Origin: an uncultured Kofleriaceae bacterium
Lineage (GTDB): Bacteria > Myxococcota_A > Polyangia > GCA-2747355 > CAZCFB01
Length of the DNA: 64,000 bases
Assembly (NCBI GenBank): GCA_964497805.1
Contig: CAZCFB010000013.1
Location: 4,029-68,028 of the forward strand
Reading direction: 5' to 3'
Part shown: positions 19,616 through 30,716 of the stretch, in pieces
How positions within the stretch are numbered: the stretch's first letter is position 1
Layout of the letters: each line of letters starts with the position of its first letter
Program-made: the position numbers and the translations under genes
The notes under the pieces: generated by a model
Told to the model about the DNA's origin: nothing
Database searches by the model: none
The model's input: the letters and a program-made list of their open reading frames with translations, nothing else

Positions 19616-21387
19616 TCGCTGGTGGGCACCGGCGCCTGGCCACGTTCGGCCGGCAGGGTGATGGAGAACGTGGTCCCCTCACCTGCCTGGCTGTGGTAGT
19701 CGATGAGGCCGTCGTGTTCCCGCACGATGCGCTGCACGATGGCCAGGCCCAGCCCGGTGCCGTTCTCCTTGCCAGCGGTGGCGAACGGCTTGAACACCTT
19801 GCCCTCCATCTCCTCCGGGATGCCCGTGCCGGTGTCGGAGAAGGTGAAGATCAGGTTGCCAGCCTCGCGGTCCACCTTGCAGGTGAAGGTGCCGCCGTTG
19901 GGCATGGCCTCGGCCGCGTTGCGCGCCAGGTTGTGGAACACCCGCCGCATCTTCGGTTCGTCGAAGAACGCCTCCGCCGTGTAGCTGGCGTCCACCTCCA
20001 GGGCGATCTCCCGCCCGGTGAGCAGGTGGCGCAGGTGCTCCTCCATGTCCTTGAGGAAGCGGTTGAGGTACACCTTGCGGATCAACACATGCGACTCGCC
20101 CCGGGCGAAGGCGAGCACCTCCTGCGTCATGGCGGTGAGCACCGCGGTCTGCTTGACGATGCTCTCGGCGAACTCGGTGCGCTGGGCGCGGTCCTCCGCC
20201 TCGGTGATCAGCTGGGCGTAGCCCGAGATGATGGTCAGCGGCGTGCGCAGATCGTGAACCAGGCTGGAGAGGGCCTGGCCGATGGAGGCGAGCCTGCTCT
20301 GCACCTCCTTCTCCTGCTTGGCGCGGTCCAGGTGGATGGCGTGGGCGATGCGGCTGGCCACCAGGGTTAGCAGGGTGCGGTCCTCCTGGTCGAAGTCCCG
20401 CCCGCCCACCTTGTTGAGCAGCTCCACCGCTCCGAGGGTTCCGTCCTGCCCGAGCAGGGGCACGCACAGAATATTGGCCGGCACAAAGGCCAGCTGGCGG
20501 GCGATGTCGCCGTGGTAGCGCGAGTCGTTGATGGGATCGTTTGTGCAGGCCGTCTGCCCGTTCTCGATGACCCAGCCGCAGATCCCGCGCCCCAGGGGCA
20601 CGGAGATGGTCCGGATCCGTTCCCGCACCTTTCCCGTGGCGTTGGAGAAGAAGATCTGCTGCCGCTCATGGTCGCACAACACCACGCTGGAGGCCTCGGC
20701 CCCGATGAGCTCGGTGGTGCGCTCCAGCAGCCGGTCGAGCAGCTCCTCCAGGGACTCGGCCTCGGTGATCTGCTTCTCCACTTCCAGCAGCAGGTCCAGC
20801 TCCCGTGCCCTGCGCTCAAGTTTTTGCTGTGTGGCCATGAGCTGGCGGTTCTGCTCCACCTGGGCCAGGTAGAGCCGGGAGTTGTCGATGGCCACCGAGG
20901 CGTGGCTGGCCAGGGCGGTGAGCACCTCCTCGTCATCCGCGGTGAAGGGGCCGCCCTTCTTGTTGAGCACCTGCACCACCCCGGTGAGGCGGCTCTTGTG
21001 GTCCAGCATGGGCACGCAGAGGATGGAGCGGGTGCGGTAGCCAGACGCCTGGTCCACCTCCTGGTTGAAGCGCGGGTCGGTGTAGGCGTCCTTGATGCGC
21101 ACCGCCTTCTCGGACTCCGCCACCCACCCGGCGATGCCCTGGCCCAGGCCCAGGCGGATCTCCTTCATCCCCTCCCCTTCCAGCACCTTGGTCCAGAGCT
21201 CCTCACCCGACTCGTCCAGCAGGTAGAGCGTGGTGCGGTCCGCCTCCATCAGTTCGGTGAATTTGCTCACCAGAAGATCCAGCAGGTCATCCAGGGCGAG
21301 GGTGGATCCCACCGCCCGGGTGATGAGCAGGATGCTTCGGTTTTTCTGTCGTTCTCGCTCGAGCTGGTCCATGACCTGTACCGTCAA
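19579..21387 (-). CDS. sensor histidine kinase with two GAF domains (no receiver domain, cytoplasmic)
   Basis: Two GAF-like segments. HisKA box HDLRTPLTIISGYAQL and an HATPase_c with N/G boxes (GTGLGLAIV). Confidence 0.8.
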   Translation of the reverse strand: MTVQVMDQLERERQKNRSILLITRAVGSTLALDDLLDLLVSKFTELMEADRTTLYLLDESGEELWTKVLEGEGMKEIRLGLGQGIAGWVAESEKAVRIKDAYTDPRFNQEVDQASGYRTRSILCVPMLDHKSRLTGVVQVLNKKGGPFTADDEEVLTALASHASVAIDNSRLYLAQVEQNRQLMATQQKLERRARELDLLLEVEKQITEAESLEELLDRLLERTTELIGAEASSVVLCDHERQQIFFSNATGKVRERIRTISVPLGRGICGWVIENGQTACTNDPINDSRYHGDIARQLAFVPANILCVPLLGQDGTLGAVELLNKVGGRDFDQEDRTLLTLVASRIAHAIHLDRAKQEKEVQSRLASIGQALSSLVHDLRTPLTIISGYAQLITEAEDRAQRTEFAESIVKQTAVLTAMTQEVLAFARGESHVLIRKVYLNRFLKDMEEHLRHLLTGREIALEVDASYTAEAFFDEPKMRRVFHNLARNAAEAMPNGGTFTCKVDREAGNLIFTFSDTGTGIPEEMEGKVFKPFATAGKENGTGLGLAIVQRIVREHDGLIDYHSQAGEGTTFSITLPAERGQAPVPTSEWPAAATEGPRR

Positions 21388-21447
21388 GTCGAGATTAAGC
21401 CGAGGGGGGTGATTCAGGCAAGGGAGGGGCCGATCTGGCCCGGAAAA

Positions 21448-23511
21448 TCAGGCGTCCTTACGGGCCTTGATGATCTCCTCCTGCACCTTGGCGGGCACGG
21501 CCTGATAGGAGGCGAACTCCATGGAGAAGCTCGCGCGGCCGCTGCTCATGGTGCGCAGGGGGGTGGCGAAGCCGAACATCTCGGCCAGGGGCGCCAGGGC
21601 GTTGATCTTCTGGGCCCCCTTGCGGAAGCGCCGCATGGAGACGACCTTGCCCCGCCTGGAGCCGAGGTAGCCAACGATCTCGCCGATGTACTCGTCGGGC
21701 GTGTTGATCTCCACCTTCATGATTGGCTCCAGGATGCGCGTACCGCCCTTCTTCAGGGCCTCTCGCACCGCCGCCTTGGCCGCGGTCTTGAACGCCATGT
21801 CAGAGGAGTCCACGTCGTGGTGGGTGCCGTCCAGGAGTACGGCGTTGAGGCCGAGCACCGGGTAGCCAGCCAGGACCCCCTGCTCCAGCCCGCTGCTGAT
21901 GCCGCGGCGGATGGCCGGGAAGTAATCGGACGGCACCGCGCCGCCCTTGATGCGTGAGGCGAAGGTCTGCTCCCCGTCCGAGTTGGGCGAGAAAGCGATG
22001 ATCACATGGGCGAACTGACCGTGGCCGCCGGTCTGCTTCACATGCTTGTAGTTGATCTCCAGCGCGCGGCCCAGGGCCTCCCGGTAGGCCACCTGCGGCT
22101 CGTCCACCCGGCAAGTGACCCCAAACTCGCTGCTCAGGCGGTCCACCAGCACCTCCAGGTGCAGCTCCCCCATGCCACCAAGCACCAGGTCCCCGGTCTC
22201 CTCGTCATGGGTCACGGTGAAGGATGGGTCCTCCATGGCCAGCCGCCCCAGGGCCTTGATCAACTTCTCCTGCTCCTTCTGATCCGGCGCGGACACCCGC
22301 TGGCTGATCACCGAATGGGGCACGGTGATGGCCTCCAGCAGCACCCGGTGGTTGGGGTCGCACAGGGTGTCGCCGGTGGTGGTCTTCTTCAGGCCGATGA
22401 TGGCCACGATCTCGCCGGCCTCCGCCTCCTCCATCTCCTCCCGTTCCTTGGCCTTGATCCGCATCAGGCGCCCCACCCGCTCCTTCATGTTCCGGGTGGA
22501 GTTCCAGATCTGGTCACCGCGGCGCAGGGTCCCGGAGTAGACGCGCACGAAGGTCTGCTGGCCCACGTACGGGTCATGGATGATCTTGAACGCCAGGGCG
22601 GAGAGGGGATCAGTGGGAATGGGCAGGCGGGTGTGGGTCTTCTCCTCATCCTCGGGGTCGATACCCACCACGGCCCCCACCTCCACTGGCGAGGGGAGGT
22701 AATCCACCACCGCGTCCAGCAGCAGCTGCATTCCAGCGTTCTTGTACGCCGCTCCTGCCAGCACCGGCACGATGAGCAGCCTGGCCACAGCGCTGCGCGT
22801 GGCCGCCTGGATCTCTTCCGGGGAGATCTCCCTGCCGTCCAGGTAGCATTCCATCAGATCGTCGTCGAACTCGGCCAGGGCCTCCAGGAGCTGCTCGCGA
22901 CCAGTGGCCACCTCCTCAGCCATGTTGGCCGGCACATCGAACTCGGCCCTCTCGAATCCCTCGTAGCGGTACGCTTTCATCTCCACCAGGTCCACCACCC
23001 CGATGAAGCTGTCCTCCTCCATGATCGGGATCTGGTAGGCCACAGCGTTGGCGTCAAGGACCTTGCGCATCTCCGCCACGGTGCCGGCGAAGTCCGCCCC
23101 GGGCCGGTCCATCTTGTTGATGAAGGCCATGCGCGGCACCCGGTGCAGGTCCGCCTGGGACCAAACCGTCTCGGACTGGGGCTCCACGCCGCCCACGGCG
23201 CAGAACACGGCGACCATGCCGTCGAGCACCCGCAGGGCCCGCTCCACCTCAACGGTGAAGTCCACATGCCCCGGCGTATCGATGATGTTGATCCGGTGGT
23301 CACGCCAGCCACAGGAGATGGCGGCGGAGGCGATAGTGATGCCCCGCTCCTGCTCCTGCTTCATGAAGTCCATGGTCGCCTGGCCGTCATGCACCTCGCC
23401 CATGCGGCGGGTGACCCCTGAAAGGAAGAGGATCCGCTCGGTCACCGTGGTCTTGCCGGCGTCGATGTGGGCCGCGATCCCGATGTTCCTGGTCTTGTGT
23501 AACTCGCTCAT
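21448..23511 (-). CDS. fusA: elongation factor G paralog
   Basis: Start taken at [22 protein letters not shown] (G1 box) inside the longer track ORF. Full five-domain EF-G architecture with a typical C-terminus. Confidence 0.85.
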   Translation of the reverse strand: MSELHKTRNIGIAAHIDAGKTTVTERILFLSGVTRRMGEVHDGQATMDFMKQEQERGITIASAAISCGWRDHRINIIDTPGHVDFTVEVERALRVLDGMVAVFCAVGGVEPQSETVWSQADLHRVPRMAFINKMDRPGADFAGTVAEMRKVLDANAVAYQIPIMEEDSFIGVVDLVEMKAYRYEGFERAEFDVPANMAEEVATGREQLLEALAEFDDDLMECYLDGREISPEEIQAATRSAVARLLIVPVLAGAAYKNAGMQLLLDAVVDYLPSPVEVGAVVGIDPEDEEKTHTRLPIPTDPLSALAFKIIHDPYVGQQTFVRVYSGTLRRGDQIWNSTRNMKERVGRLMRIKAKEREEMEEAEAGEIVAIIGLKKTTTGDTLCDPNHRVLLEAITVPHSVISQRVSAPDQKEQEKLIKALGRLAMEDPSFTVTHDEETGDLVLGGMGELHLEVLVDRLSSEFGVTCRVDEPQVAYREALGRALEINYKHVKQTGGHGQFAHVIIAFSPNSDGEQTFASRIKGGAVPSDYFPAIRRGISSGLEQGVLAGYPVLGLNAVLLDGTHHDVDSSDMAFKTAAKAAVREALKKGGTRILEPIMKVEINTPDEYIGEIVGYLGSRRGKVVSMRRFRKGAQKINALAPLAEMFGFATPLRTMSSGRASFSMEFASYQAVPAKVQEEIIKARKDA

Positions 23512-23713
23512 TTCACTTCTCCAAACCCGTGGCAGCGACCGCGGGGTAGCGGAGAATAGCAGGGTTGCTGTGGCCCGCCAGTGGCAACCCGGAAAATGTT
23601 TATGAAAGTTGCATGTTGGGCAGTAGCCAGCCGATACTGAGGAGGACCGTAGTACTGACTGGTAGTAGGGATAGCCCCTCCACACGGGGGGCCGAAATAG
23701 GCGAGGACGTCCA

Positions 23714-25468
23714 GTGTCAAAGGACATCGCAATAGGCATCGATCTCGGAACGACCAACTCCTGCGCGGCCATGGTGGAGAACGGCAAGCCTCGGGTGATC
23801 CATTCCCGGCTGGGCTACCCCACAATCCCCTCTGTGGTCACCTTCAGCGCGGAGAAGGTGGTTGTGGGTCAGGCGGCCGAGCGCCGGCTTGTGTTGGCTC
23901 CCCAGGAAACCATTTACGGCTCCAAGCGCCTGCTCGGCCGCACCTTCCTGGCCGGGGTAAAGAAGCGCTTCCAGCCCCACTTCCACTATCAGCTCGTCGC
24001 CGACGAGGATCACTTCATCGGAGCGGAGATAAGCGGGCAGACCATCTCCATCGTGGACGTCTCGGCCCATATCCTGAGAGAGATCAAGCGCAACGCCGAG
24101 GACCGCCTGGGCCACGAGGTGACCAAGGCCGTTGTCACGGTGCCGGCTTACTATAACGACAACCAGCGGCAGTTCGTGCGCGAGGCGGGGGAACGCGCCG
24201 GCCTGGAGGTGTTGCGCACGCTCAACGAGCCCACCGCTGCGGCCCTCTGCTACGGCATGGGGCGCGGCGAGAACAAGACCCTGCTGGTGTTCGACCTGGG
24301 CGGCGGCACCTTTGACGTCTCAATCGTTGAGGTGAACCAGGACTCCTTCACCGTGCTCGGCGTGGACGGCGACACCTTCCTGGGCGGCCTCGACTTCGAT
24401 CATCGCATCACCGACTGGCTGCACGACAAGATCTCCGAGGACATGGGCGAGGAGCTGGAGCTTAGCGCCGTGGGGCGGGAGCGCCTCCGCCTGGTGGCCC
24501 GGGACACCAAGCACCAGCTCAGCGTGAAGGACGACCACGAGATCACCATCCCCAACCTGGTGCTCATGGACGGCACCAAGGTGGACGTGATCCAGCACAT
24601 CACCCGCGAGATGCTGGAGGATATGACCTCCGAGTTTCTCGACCGGACCATGGACCTGGTGGGTAAGGCCATGGACCGCGCGTCAGTGCGCGCCTCCGAG
24701 ATCGACGAGGTGCTGCTGGTGGGCGGTCAGACCCGCATGCCGGCGGTGCACCAGCGCATCCGCGAGAAGTTCGACAAGGAGCCCACCAAGCGGGTGCACC
24801 CCGACGAGGTCGTGGCCTTGGGCGCCGCCATCGACGCCCACAACTACAGCGACCCCACCAAGCCCAAGCTCAACGACGTGGTGCCAATGACCATCGGCGT
24901 GGCCAACGCCGCGGGCATGTTCATGCCGGTGGTGCCGCGCAACACCCCCGTGCCCCACGAGGACTCCATCGAGGTGGCGGTGCCAGCCAACTGCGACTCG
25001 TTCCAGATCGCGGTGTTCCAGGGGGACCGCTCCCACGCCTTTGACAACGAGTTCCTGGGCAGCATCACCATGGACGGCCTGGATGATGTGCCGGCCCAGA
25101 AGCTGACGGTGCTGTTCATCCTCAACGCCGAGGGGCTGCTCACCCTCAAGGTGCGCTCGGAGCAGGGAGAAGAACGACAGGTCACCCTGGCCACGCGCCT
25201 CTCGCCAGAGGACGCGCTGGTCACCATGGGCCGGGAGCAGATCCAAGTCACCGCGCCATCCGACCTGGGCAGCGCGGCCCGACGCCGGGCCCAGCACACG
25301 CCCACGGCCGCCGAGCTTGAAAAGCTGAGGGCCCCTGCCCTGGCCCCGCCCTCAGCGCAAGCGCCGAGCAATGATCCCGCCTCCCGCTACGGCGGCTCCG
25401 CGCTGATCCAGATGGGGGGGAATAGGCCCGGGCTGTTCAAGCGGATCTGGCGCTACTTCTTCGGCTAG
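23714..25468 (+). CDS. Hsp70-family protein (DnaK-like, atypical short C-terminus)
   Basis: [14 protein letters not shown] and [12 protein letters not shown] actin-fold motifs. It is 584 aa and has a divergent substrate-binding region. Confidence 0.8.
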   Translation: MSKDIAIGIDLGTTNSCAAMVENGKPRVIHSRLGYPTIPSVVTFSAEKVVVGQAAERRLVLAPQETIYGSKRLLGRTFLAGVKKRFQPHFHYQLVADEDHFIGAEISGQTISIVDVSAHILREIKRNAEDRLGHEVTKAVVTVPAYYNDNQRQFVREAGERAGLEVLRTLNEPTAAALCYGMGRGENKTLLVFDLGGGTFDVSIVEVNQDSFTVLGVDGDTFLGGLDFDHRITDWLHDKISEDMGEELELSAVGRERLRLVARDTKHQLSVKDDHEITIPNLVLMDGTKVDVIQHITREMLEDMTSEFLDRTMDLVGKAMDRASVRASEIDEVLLVGGQTRMPAVHQRIREKFDKEPTKRVHPDEVVALGAAIDAHNYSDPTKPKLNDVVPMTIGVANAAGMFMPVVPRNTPVPHEDSIEVAVPANCDSFQIAVFQGDRSHAFDNEFLGSITMDGLDDVPAQKLTVLFILNAEGLLTLKVRSEQGEERQVTLATRLSPEDALVTMGREQIQVTAPSDLGSAARRRAQHTPTAAELEKLRAPALAPPSAQAPSNDPASRYGGSALIQMGGNRPGLFKRIWRYFFG

Positions 25469-28140
25469 TGCGCCTCGGTCCAGTTTGATCCCACACCGGT
25501 GTCCACCTTGAGCGGCACGTCCAGCTCCATGACCGCGCCCATCTCTTCCACCACCATGGCGGCCAGCTCGTCCGCCTGATCCGGGTTCACCTCGAAGATG
25601 AGCTCATCGTGCACGGTGAGGATCATGGGGGCGTCGATCTCCTCCTGCCTCAGCCGCCTGTCCACACGCAGCATGGCCAGCTTCATCATGTCGGCCGCCG
25701 TGCCCTGGATCGGGGTATTGCGCACCATGCGTTCGGCGTACATGCGCATGTTTCGGCGCTTGTTGTTGATGTCCGACACCGGCCGCTTGCGGCCCATTAG
25801 CGTGTACACCGCCTCGGTCTCCCGGGCCCGCTCGATGGTCTGCTCCATGAATGCCTGCACCCCGGCGTAGCGCTGGAAGTAGCTCTCGATGTACTGGCTG
25901 GCGGTGGCCCGAGGGATCCGGAGCTGCCGGGAGAGGCCCCAGTCGGACTGCCCATAGATGACGCCAAAGTTAACCGCCTTGGCCACCCGCCGCTGCTCGT
26001 CGGAGACCTCCTCCGAGGGCACACCGAACACCTCGGCCGCAGTGCGCCGGTGCACGTCCTCCCCCTCGCGGAAGGCGGCGAGCAGCAGGGGGTCCCCTGA
26101 CAGGTGGGCGAGCACCCTCAGCTCCACCTGGGAGTAGTCGGCCGACAGGAGCACCCTCCCCTCCGGCGCTGTGAACGCGGCGCGGATCTGCCGCCCCAGG
26201 GGAGTGCGGATTGGGATGTTCTGCAGGTTCGGATCCGAGGAGCTGAGCCGCCCGGTGGCTGCCACGGCCTGGTTGTAGCTGGTGTGCACCCGCCCTGTGC
26301 GCGCGTTGATCAACGCCGGCAAGGTGTCGATGTATGTGTTCTTCAGCTTGGAGAGGGTGCGGAACGCCTCAATCTGCCCGGCGATGGGGTGCTCCAGGGC
26401 CAGGTCAGCCAGGGTGTCAGCGTCGGTGGAGTAGCCGGTCTTGGTCTTGCGCCCGGGGGTCAGGCCGAGGTCCTCGAACAGCAGTTTCTGGAGCTGCTTG
26501 GGTGAGTTGATGTTCACCGGCCAGTCGGCCTGTGCCTGGATCTCCTGCTCCAGCCTGACCAGATCCCCTTCCGTTTCCATGCTCAGCCTCATGAGGCACG
26601 CCGCGTCCAGGTGCACCCCGGTGCGCTCCATGCGCGCCAGCACGGGCCAGAGGGGCATCTCCACCTCGTGGAAGAGCCGCTCCAGCTCCGGCTCACGGGC
26701 AAGCCGGGCGGAGAGCCGCTGACACAGGCGGAAGGTCACGTCCGCGTCCTCCGCGGCGTACTCGGTGGCCCGGTCCACATCCACCATGGAGAAGTCGCCC
26801 CCCTTCCCCGCCACCTCCTTGAAGGAGAGCATGGAGTGGTCCATGTGGTCGCGTGCAAGGGCGTCCAGGCCGTGGGAGTTGCGCCCGGCGTCCAGCACGT
26901 AGGAGGCGAGCATGGAGTCGAAGGTCACGCCCTGTACCTCAACCCCATGTTGCTTCAACACCATCCAGTCGTACTTGAAGTTCTGGCCGTATTTGGGCAG
27001 GCCGGGGTCCGTGAGCAGCGGGTCCAGTTGGGCCAGCGCCTGCTCCACGGTGAGCTGCTCCGGCCGGCCCAGGTAACCGTGGGCCAGGGGGATGTAGCAC
27101 GCCTCCCCCTCCGCCCAGGCCAGGCTGATCCCCACCAGCTTCGCCTTCATCACGTCCAGGTCGGTGGTCTCCACATCCACGGCGCACGCCCCCGCCTCTC
27201 GCACCAGGCCGATGACCTCCTCCAGCCCCTCTGCGTCCAGGACGGTGCGGTAGGCGCTCCGGTCAACCGCGGGCGGCACGTCGCCCCCCAGGCGATCCAT
27301 GAGGCGCGTGAAGCCGAGCTCGGTGAACAGCTCGCCCAGAGCCGCGGTGTCCAGCTCGGTCCGGCGCAGGTCCTCCAGGCTGTGCGGCATATCGCAGTCC
27401 ATCTTCAGGGCAACCAGGCGGCGCGAGAGCCGGGCCTGGTCCGCGAACTCGGTGAGGTTCTGCTTCAGCTTCTTGCCCGACACCTCCTCCACCGAGGCGA
27501 GCACCGTTTCAAGGTCGCCGAACCGGGTGAGCAGCTTCACCGCTGTCTTGGGCCCCACGCCGGGCACGCCGGGCACGTTGTCCGACGCGTCCCCACACAG
27601 CGCGAGGTAGTCCCCAAGCTGGGCGGGCGTGATGCCGAACTTCTTCTCCACCCCGGCCGGATCCATGAGGCTGTTCTTCATGGTGTCCAGCTGGCGCACC
27701 TGGTCGCCCACCAGCTGCATCAAGTCCTTGTCGCTGGACACGATGGTCACATCCATGCCCGCGTCCACGGCCAGGCGCGCATAGGTGGCGATGAGGTCGT
27801 CCGCCTCCACCCCTTCCTGCCGGATGGCGGGGATACGGAAACCATCGGCCGCACGGTCCACCAGGGGGAACTGAGGCACCAGCTCCTCCGGCGCGGGGGG
27901 GCGGTTCGCCTTGTACTCGGGGTAGATCTCCTTGCGGAAGGTCGGCGCCGCCGTGTCGAACATGCAGGCCATGTAGTCGGGCTGCTCCTCGTCGAGCAGG
28001 CGGAATAACATGTTGCAGAACCCGAGCACCGCCCCGGTGGGCACACCCTTGGGGCTGGTCAGGGAGGGTAACGCGAAGAAGCTACGAAAGATGAAGCCGG
28101 AGCCGTCCAGGAGGTAGATGCGAGGTTTGGTGTCGGGCAT
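25465..28140 (-). CDS. polA: DNA polymerase I
   Basis: 5'-3' exonuclease N-terminus (RIYLLDGSGFIFRSFFA), a 3'-5' exonuclease region, and polymerase motifs (RRVAKAVNFGVIYG, LTVHDELIFE). Confidence 0.9.
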   Translation of the reverse strand: MPDTKPRIYLLDGSGFIFRSFFALPSLTSPKGVPTGAVLGFCNMLFRLLDEEQPDYMACMFDTAAPTFRKEIYPEYKANRPPAPEELVPQFPLVDRAADGFRIPAIRQEGVEADDLIATYARLAVDAGMDVTIVSSDKDLMQLVGDQVRQLDTMKNSLMDPAGVEKKFGITPAQLGDYLALCGDASDNVPGVPGVGPKTAVKLLTRFGDLETVLASVEEVSGKKLKQNLTEFADQARLSRRLVALKMDCDMPHSLEDLRRTELDTAALGELFTELGFTRLMDRLGGDVPPAVDRSAYRTVLDAEGLEEVIGLVREAGACAVDVETTDLDVMKAKLVGISLAWAEGEACYIPLAHGYLGRPEQLTVEQALAQLDPLLTDPGLPKYGQNFKYDWMVLKQHGVEVQGVTFDSMLASYVLDAGRNSHGLDALARDHMDHSMLSFKEVAGKGGDFSMVDVDRATEYAAEDADVTFRLCQRLSARLAREPELERLFHEVEMPLWPVLARMERTGVHLDAACLMRLSMETEGDLVRLEQEIQAQADWPVNINSPKQLQKLLFEDLGLTPGRKTKTGYSTDADTLADLALEHPIAGQIEAFRTLSKLKNTYIDTLPALINARTGRVHTSYNQAVAATGRLSSSDPNLQNIPIRTPLGRQIRAAFTAPEGRVLLSADYSQVELRVLAHLSGDPLLLAAFREGEDVHRRTAAEVFGVPSEEVSDEQRRVAKAVNFGVIYGQSDWGLSRQLRIPRATASQYIESYFQRYAGVQAFMEQTIERARETEAVYTLMGRKRPVSDINNKRRNMRMYAERMVRNTPIQGTAADMMKLAMLRVDRRLRQEEIDAPMILTVHDELIFEVNPDQADELAAMVVEEMGAVMELDVPLKVDTGVGSNWTEAH

Positions 28141-28178
28141 GCCCGATCTTTAGCACAGCGGGGAGTGGCAGGAATGGA

Positions 28179-28730
28179 CTATTCCTCGGCCTGTTCCTCG
28201 GCCTCGTCGTCCTGCTCATCGACCTCCGGCTCCTCCTCCGGGATCGGCGCCACCTCATCCAGCAGCTCATCCATGTCCACCTCTTTCCCCTTGCGCTTCA
28301 TGGCCACGCTGCTCTTTACCTTGGCCTTGGGCTTCTGGGCGTCATTGGGGATGAACCGGATCTCGGTCTTGATCTCGAAGGAGAGGCTGGTGAGCAGGCG
28401 CGTCAGCTCCTCGTTGAGGTTCAGGCTCTCAAGGAACTCGCGCAGCTCCCCCGCCACGATGCGGAAGAGTTCGTTCTTGGTGGTGCCCGCCTGCTGGATC
28501 AGGTACGTGGCCGCATCCTTGGGCAAGGAGAACTCGTTGGCCAGCTTGCGCACCCCTTCCTCGGTGGTGAACACCGCGCCGAGCCCGGCGTAGAAGGTCC
28601 GCTTCAAGATCTCGGGCATCAGCCCTTCCAGCCGTTGCCTCAGACGTTCGTCGATTCTGGGATCGTCTTCTCGCTCTTCGTCGATGGGGTCATTTCCTGC
28701 CATGACCAGAACCTCCTGCAAAGATTTCAT
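28179..28730 (-). CDS. hypothetical acidic protein
   Basis: The ORF has coding-like codon usage and a highly acidic C-terminus. No recognisable motifs. Confidence 0.35.
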   Translation of the reverse strand: MKSLQEVLVMAGNDPIDEEREDDPRIDERLRQRLEGLMPEILKRTFYAGLGAVFTTEEGVRKLANEFSLPKDAATYLIQQAGTTKNELFRIVAGELREFLESLNLNEELTRLLTSLSFEIKTEIRFIPNDAQKPKAKVKSSVAMKRKGKEVDMDELLDEVAPIPEEEPEVDEQDDEAEEQAEE

Positions 28731-28770
28731 GACGTTACCACAACCCCCAAAAACGATCTATGATGCGAGG

Positions 28771-30480
28771 ATGCCGCAACAACCAAACGGGGAAAGTTCG
28801 CGCAACCTGAGCCCGCTCGGGCGCGTGGTGAAGGCATACTGGGTCACCTTTATTGTGCTCTCCTCGTACCTGTGGTGGCGGTTCAACACCCGCTTCCACT
28901 CCCGCACCTCCAACCTGGCGCGGCTCGAGGCGGCCAACCGCCGCAACGCCCGGCGCATCTATATCGCCATCCTTCAACTCCAGGGCCTGTACATCAAGGT
29001 GGGGCAGCTGATCAGCATCATGACCAACTTCCTTCCGCCCGCCTTCCGCACCGAGCTGGAGGGGCTGCAGGACCAGGTGCCGCCCCGGGCCTACGACCAG
29101 ATCGAGAAGCGCCTGCGCGAGGAGTTCGACGGCAAGGGCCCTGAAGACCTGTTCGCGGAGTTCGACAAGGAGCCCCTGGCCAGCGCCAGCATCGGGCAGG
29201 TGCACAAGGCCCGCCTGCCAGATGGCCGCGAGGTGGCCGTGAAGGTGCAATACCCGGACATCGATCGGGTGGTGCGCAGCGACCTCACCTCCCTTCGCCG
29301 GATCATCGCCATCATCCAGCGCACGGTGCCCGCCTACCAGGGCCTGGACAACGTGTACCTGGAGATCAAGGCGATGATCCTGCAGGAGCTCGACTTCCAG
29401 GCGGAGGCGCGCAACATCGACGCAGTGGCGGTGAACTTCACCGACGATCCCACCATCTGTTTCCCCACGGTGGTGCCGGAGCGCACCACCCGCCGCGTGA
29501 TCACCACCGAGTTCATGGAGGGAATCAAGGTCAGCGACGTCAGCGGCATGGACACCATGGGAGTGGACCGCCAGGAGGTGGCCCGCATGGTGGTGGAGGC
29601 GTACTGCCGGCAGATCTTTCACCACGGCATCTACCACGCCGATCCCCACCCGGGGAACATCCTGATCTCCAGGGGCCCAACCATCAAGTTCCTCGACTTC
29701 GGCGCGGTGGCAGAGATCAGCCCCAACATGCGCCACGGCATCATCAACATCCTGCAGGGCGCGATCAACCGCGACACCAGCAAGGTCATCGCCGCCATGC
29801 GCGAGATGGGGTTCATCGCCCTGGACAGCGATCCCCGGGTGTTCGATCGGGTGGTGGACTACTTCCACAGCCGCTTCCAGGACGAGATCCAGCTGGAGAG
29901 CTTTAACCTCAAGGACATCAAGCTCGATCCGGCGCGTGGCCTGGAGAACCTGGCCGATCTGCGCCACATGAAGATCTCCCTGCGGGACATCACCTCCTCC
30001 TTCCAGGTGCCGAAGGAGTGGATCATGCTGGAGCGCACGGTCCTGCTGCTCATGGGGCTATGCACCGACCTGGATCCTGATCTGAACCCCATGGAGGTCA
30101 TCCGGCCGCACATCGAGGAGTTCGTGCTGGGCAAGGACCGGGACTGGTCCAAGTTCCTGCTCGATACGGCCCGGGACGTGGGCCTCTCCACCCTGGCCCT
30201 GCCCCAGGAGATCAAGAAGTTCACCAACCGGGCGTTACAGGGAGACCTTGAGGTCTCGGTGCCGGAGCTGGAGCGCGCGGCGAAGCTGCACTACACCATC
30301 GCCCAGCAGGTGATCTACACCGGGCTGGCGGTGGCCTCCTTCGCCTTCGCTCTGTCCATGCACGACCGTGGCGAGCTGGATTTCAGCCGCTACCTGATGG
30401 CGGGATCCGGCGTGTTCGGGCTGCTGCTGCTCAAGTCGATCTGGAGCACGCGGCGCTGGATGAAGCGGGGCCGGCGGTAG
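28771..30480 (+). CDS. ubiB: ABC1/UbiB-family atypical kinase
   Basis: ABC1 motifs (KVGQLISIMTNFLPPAF, ASASIGQVHKARL, HADPHPGNIL) and C-terminal TM helices. Start at MPQQPN, preceded by GCGAGG. Confidence 0.75.
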   Translation: MPQQPNGESSRNLSPLGRVVKAYWVTFIVLSSYLWWRFNTRFHSRTSNLARLEAANRRNARRIYIAILQLQGLYIKVGQLISIMTNFLPPAFRTELEGLQDQVPPRAYDQIEKRLREEFDGKGPEDLFAEFDKEPLASASIGQVHKARLPDGREVAVKVQYPDIDRVVRSDLTSLRRIIAIIQRTVPAYQGLDNVYLEIKAMILQELDFQAEARNIDAVAVNFTDDPTICFPTVVPERTTRRVITTEFMEGIKVSDVSGMDTMGVDRQEVARMVVEAYCRQIFHHGIYHADPHPGNILISRGPTIKFLDFGAVAEISPNMRHGIINILQGAINRDTSKVIAAMREMGFIALDSDPRVFDRVVDYFHSRFQDEIQLESFNLKDIKLDPARGLENLADLRHMKISLRDITSSFQVPKEWIMLERTVLLLMGLCTDLDPDLNPMEVIRPHIEEFVLGKDRDWSKFLLDTARDVGLSTLALPQEIKKFTNRALQGDLEVSVPELERAAKLHYTIAQQVIYTGLAVASFAFALSMHDRGELDFSRYLMAGSGVFGLLLLKSIWSTRRWMKRGRR

Positions 30481-30716
30481 ACGCGGCGCGGGAGTTCTCA
30501 TGCAGAAAAGAGAAAACCGGGCGCCCGCGTTGGACGCCCGGCGAGGTGTTGAGGCTCTTGCTGGTTACTGCTCCGCGGGCTTCGGCTTCTTGATCGGCCG
30601 GGGCCTCGGCTTTGGAGCGGGTCTCCACTGGGGCATCTGAACTCTCCCTACTGATGTTGTCTCGAAGAAATTCTATACTGCTAAGAATTCGTGCCATTTA
30701 GAATTCCATTGATGAA

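Noticed and set aside
26611-28008. 465-aa plus-strand ORF inside polA. Also 22006-23421 inside the EF-G gene, and 28735-29967 and 32397-33725 antisense to ubiB and rSAM paralog 1.
   Set aside because: All are antisense to genes with unambiguous conserved motifs. Their translations are compositionally biased and motif-free.
30481-30716. Possible cobalamin riboswitch ahead of the B12-radical-SAM cluster. CCACTGG resembles part of the B12-element core.
   Set aside because: The B12 box (AGYCMGGAGACCKGCC) and the GGTGAAA/GGGAA core elements are absent.
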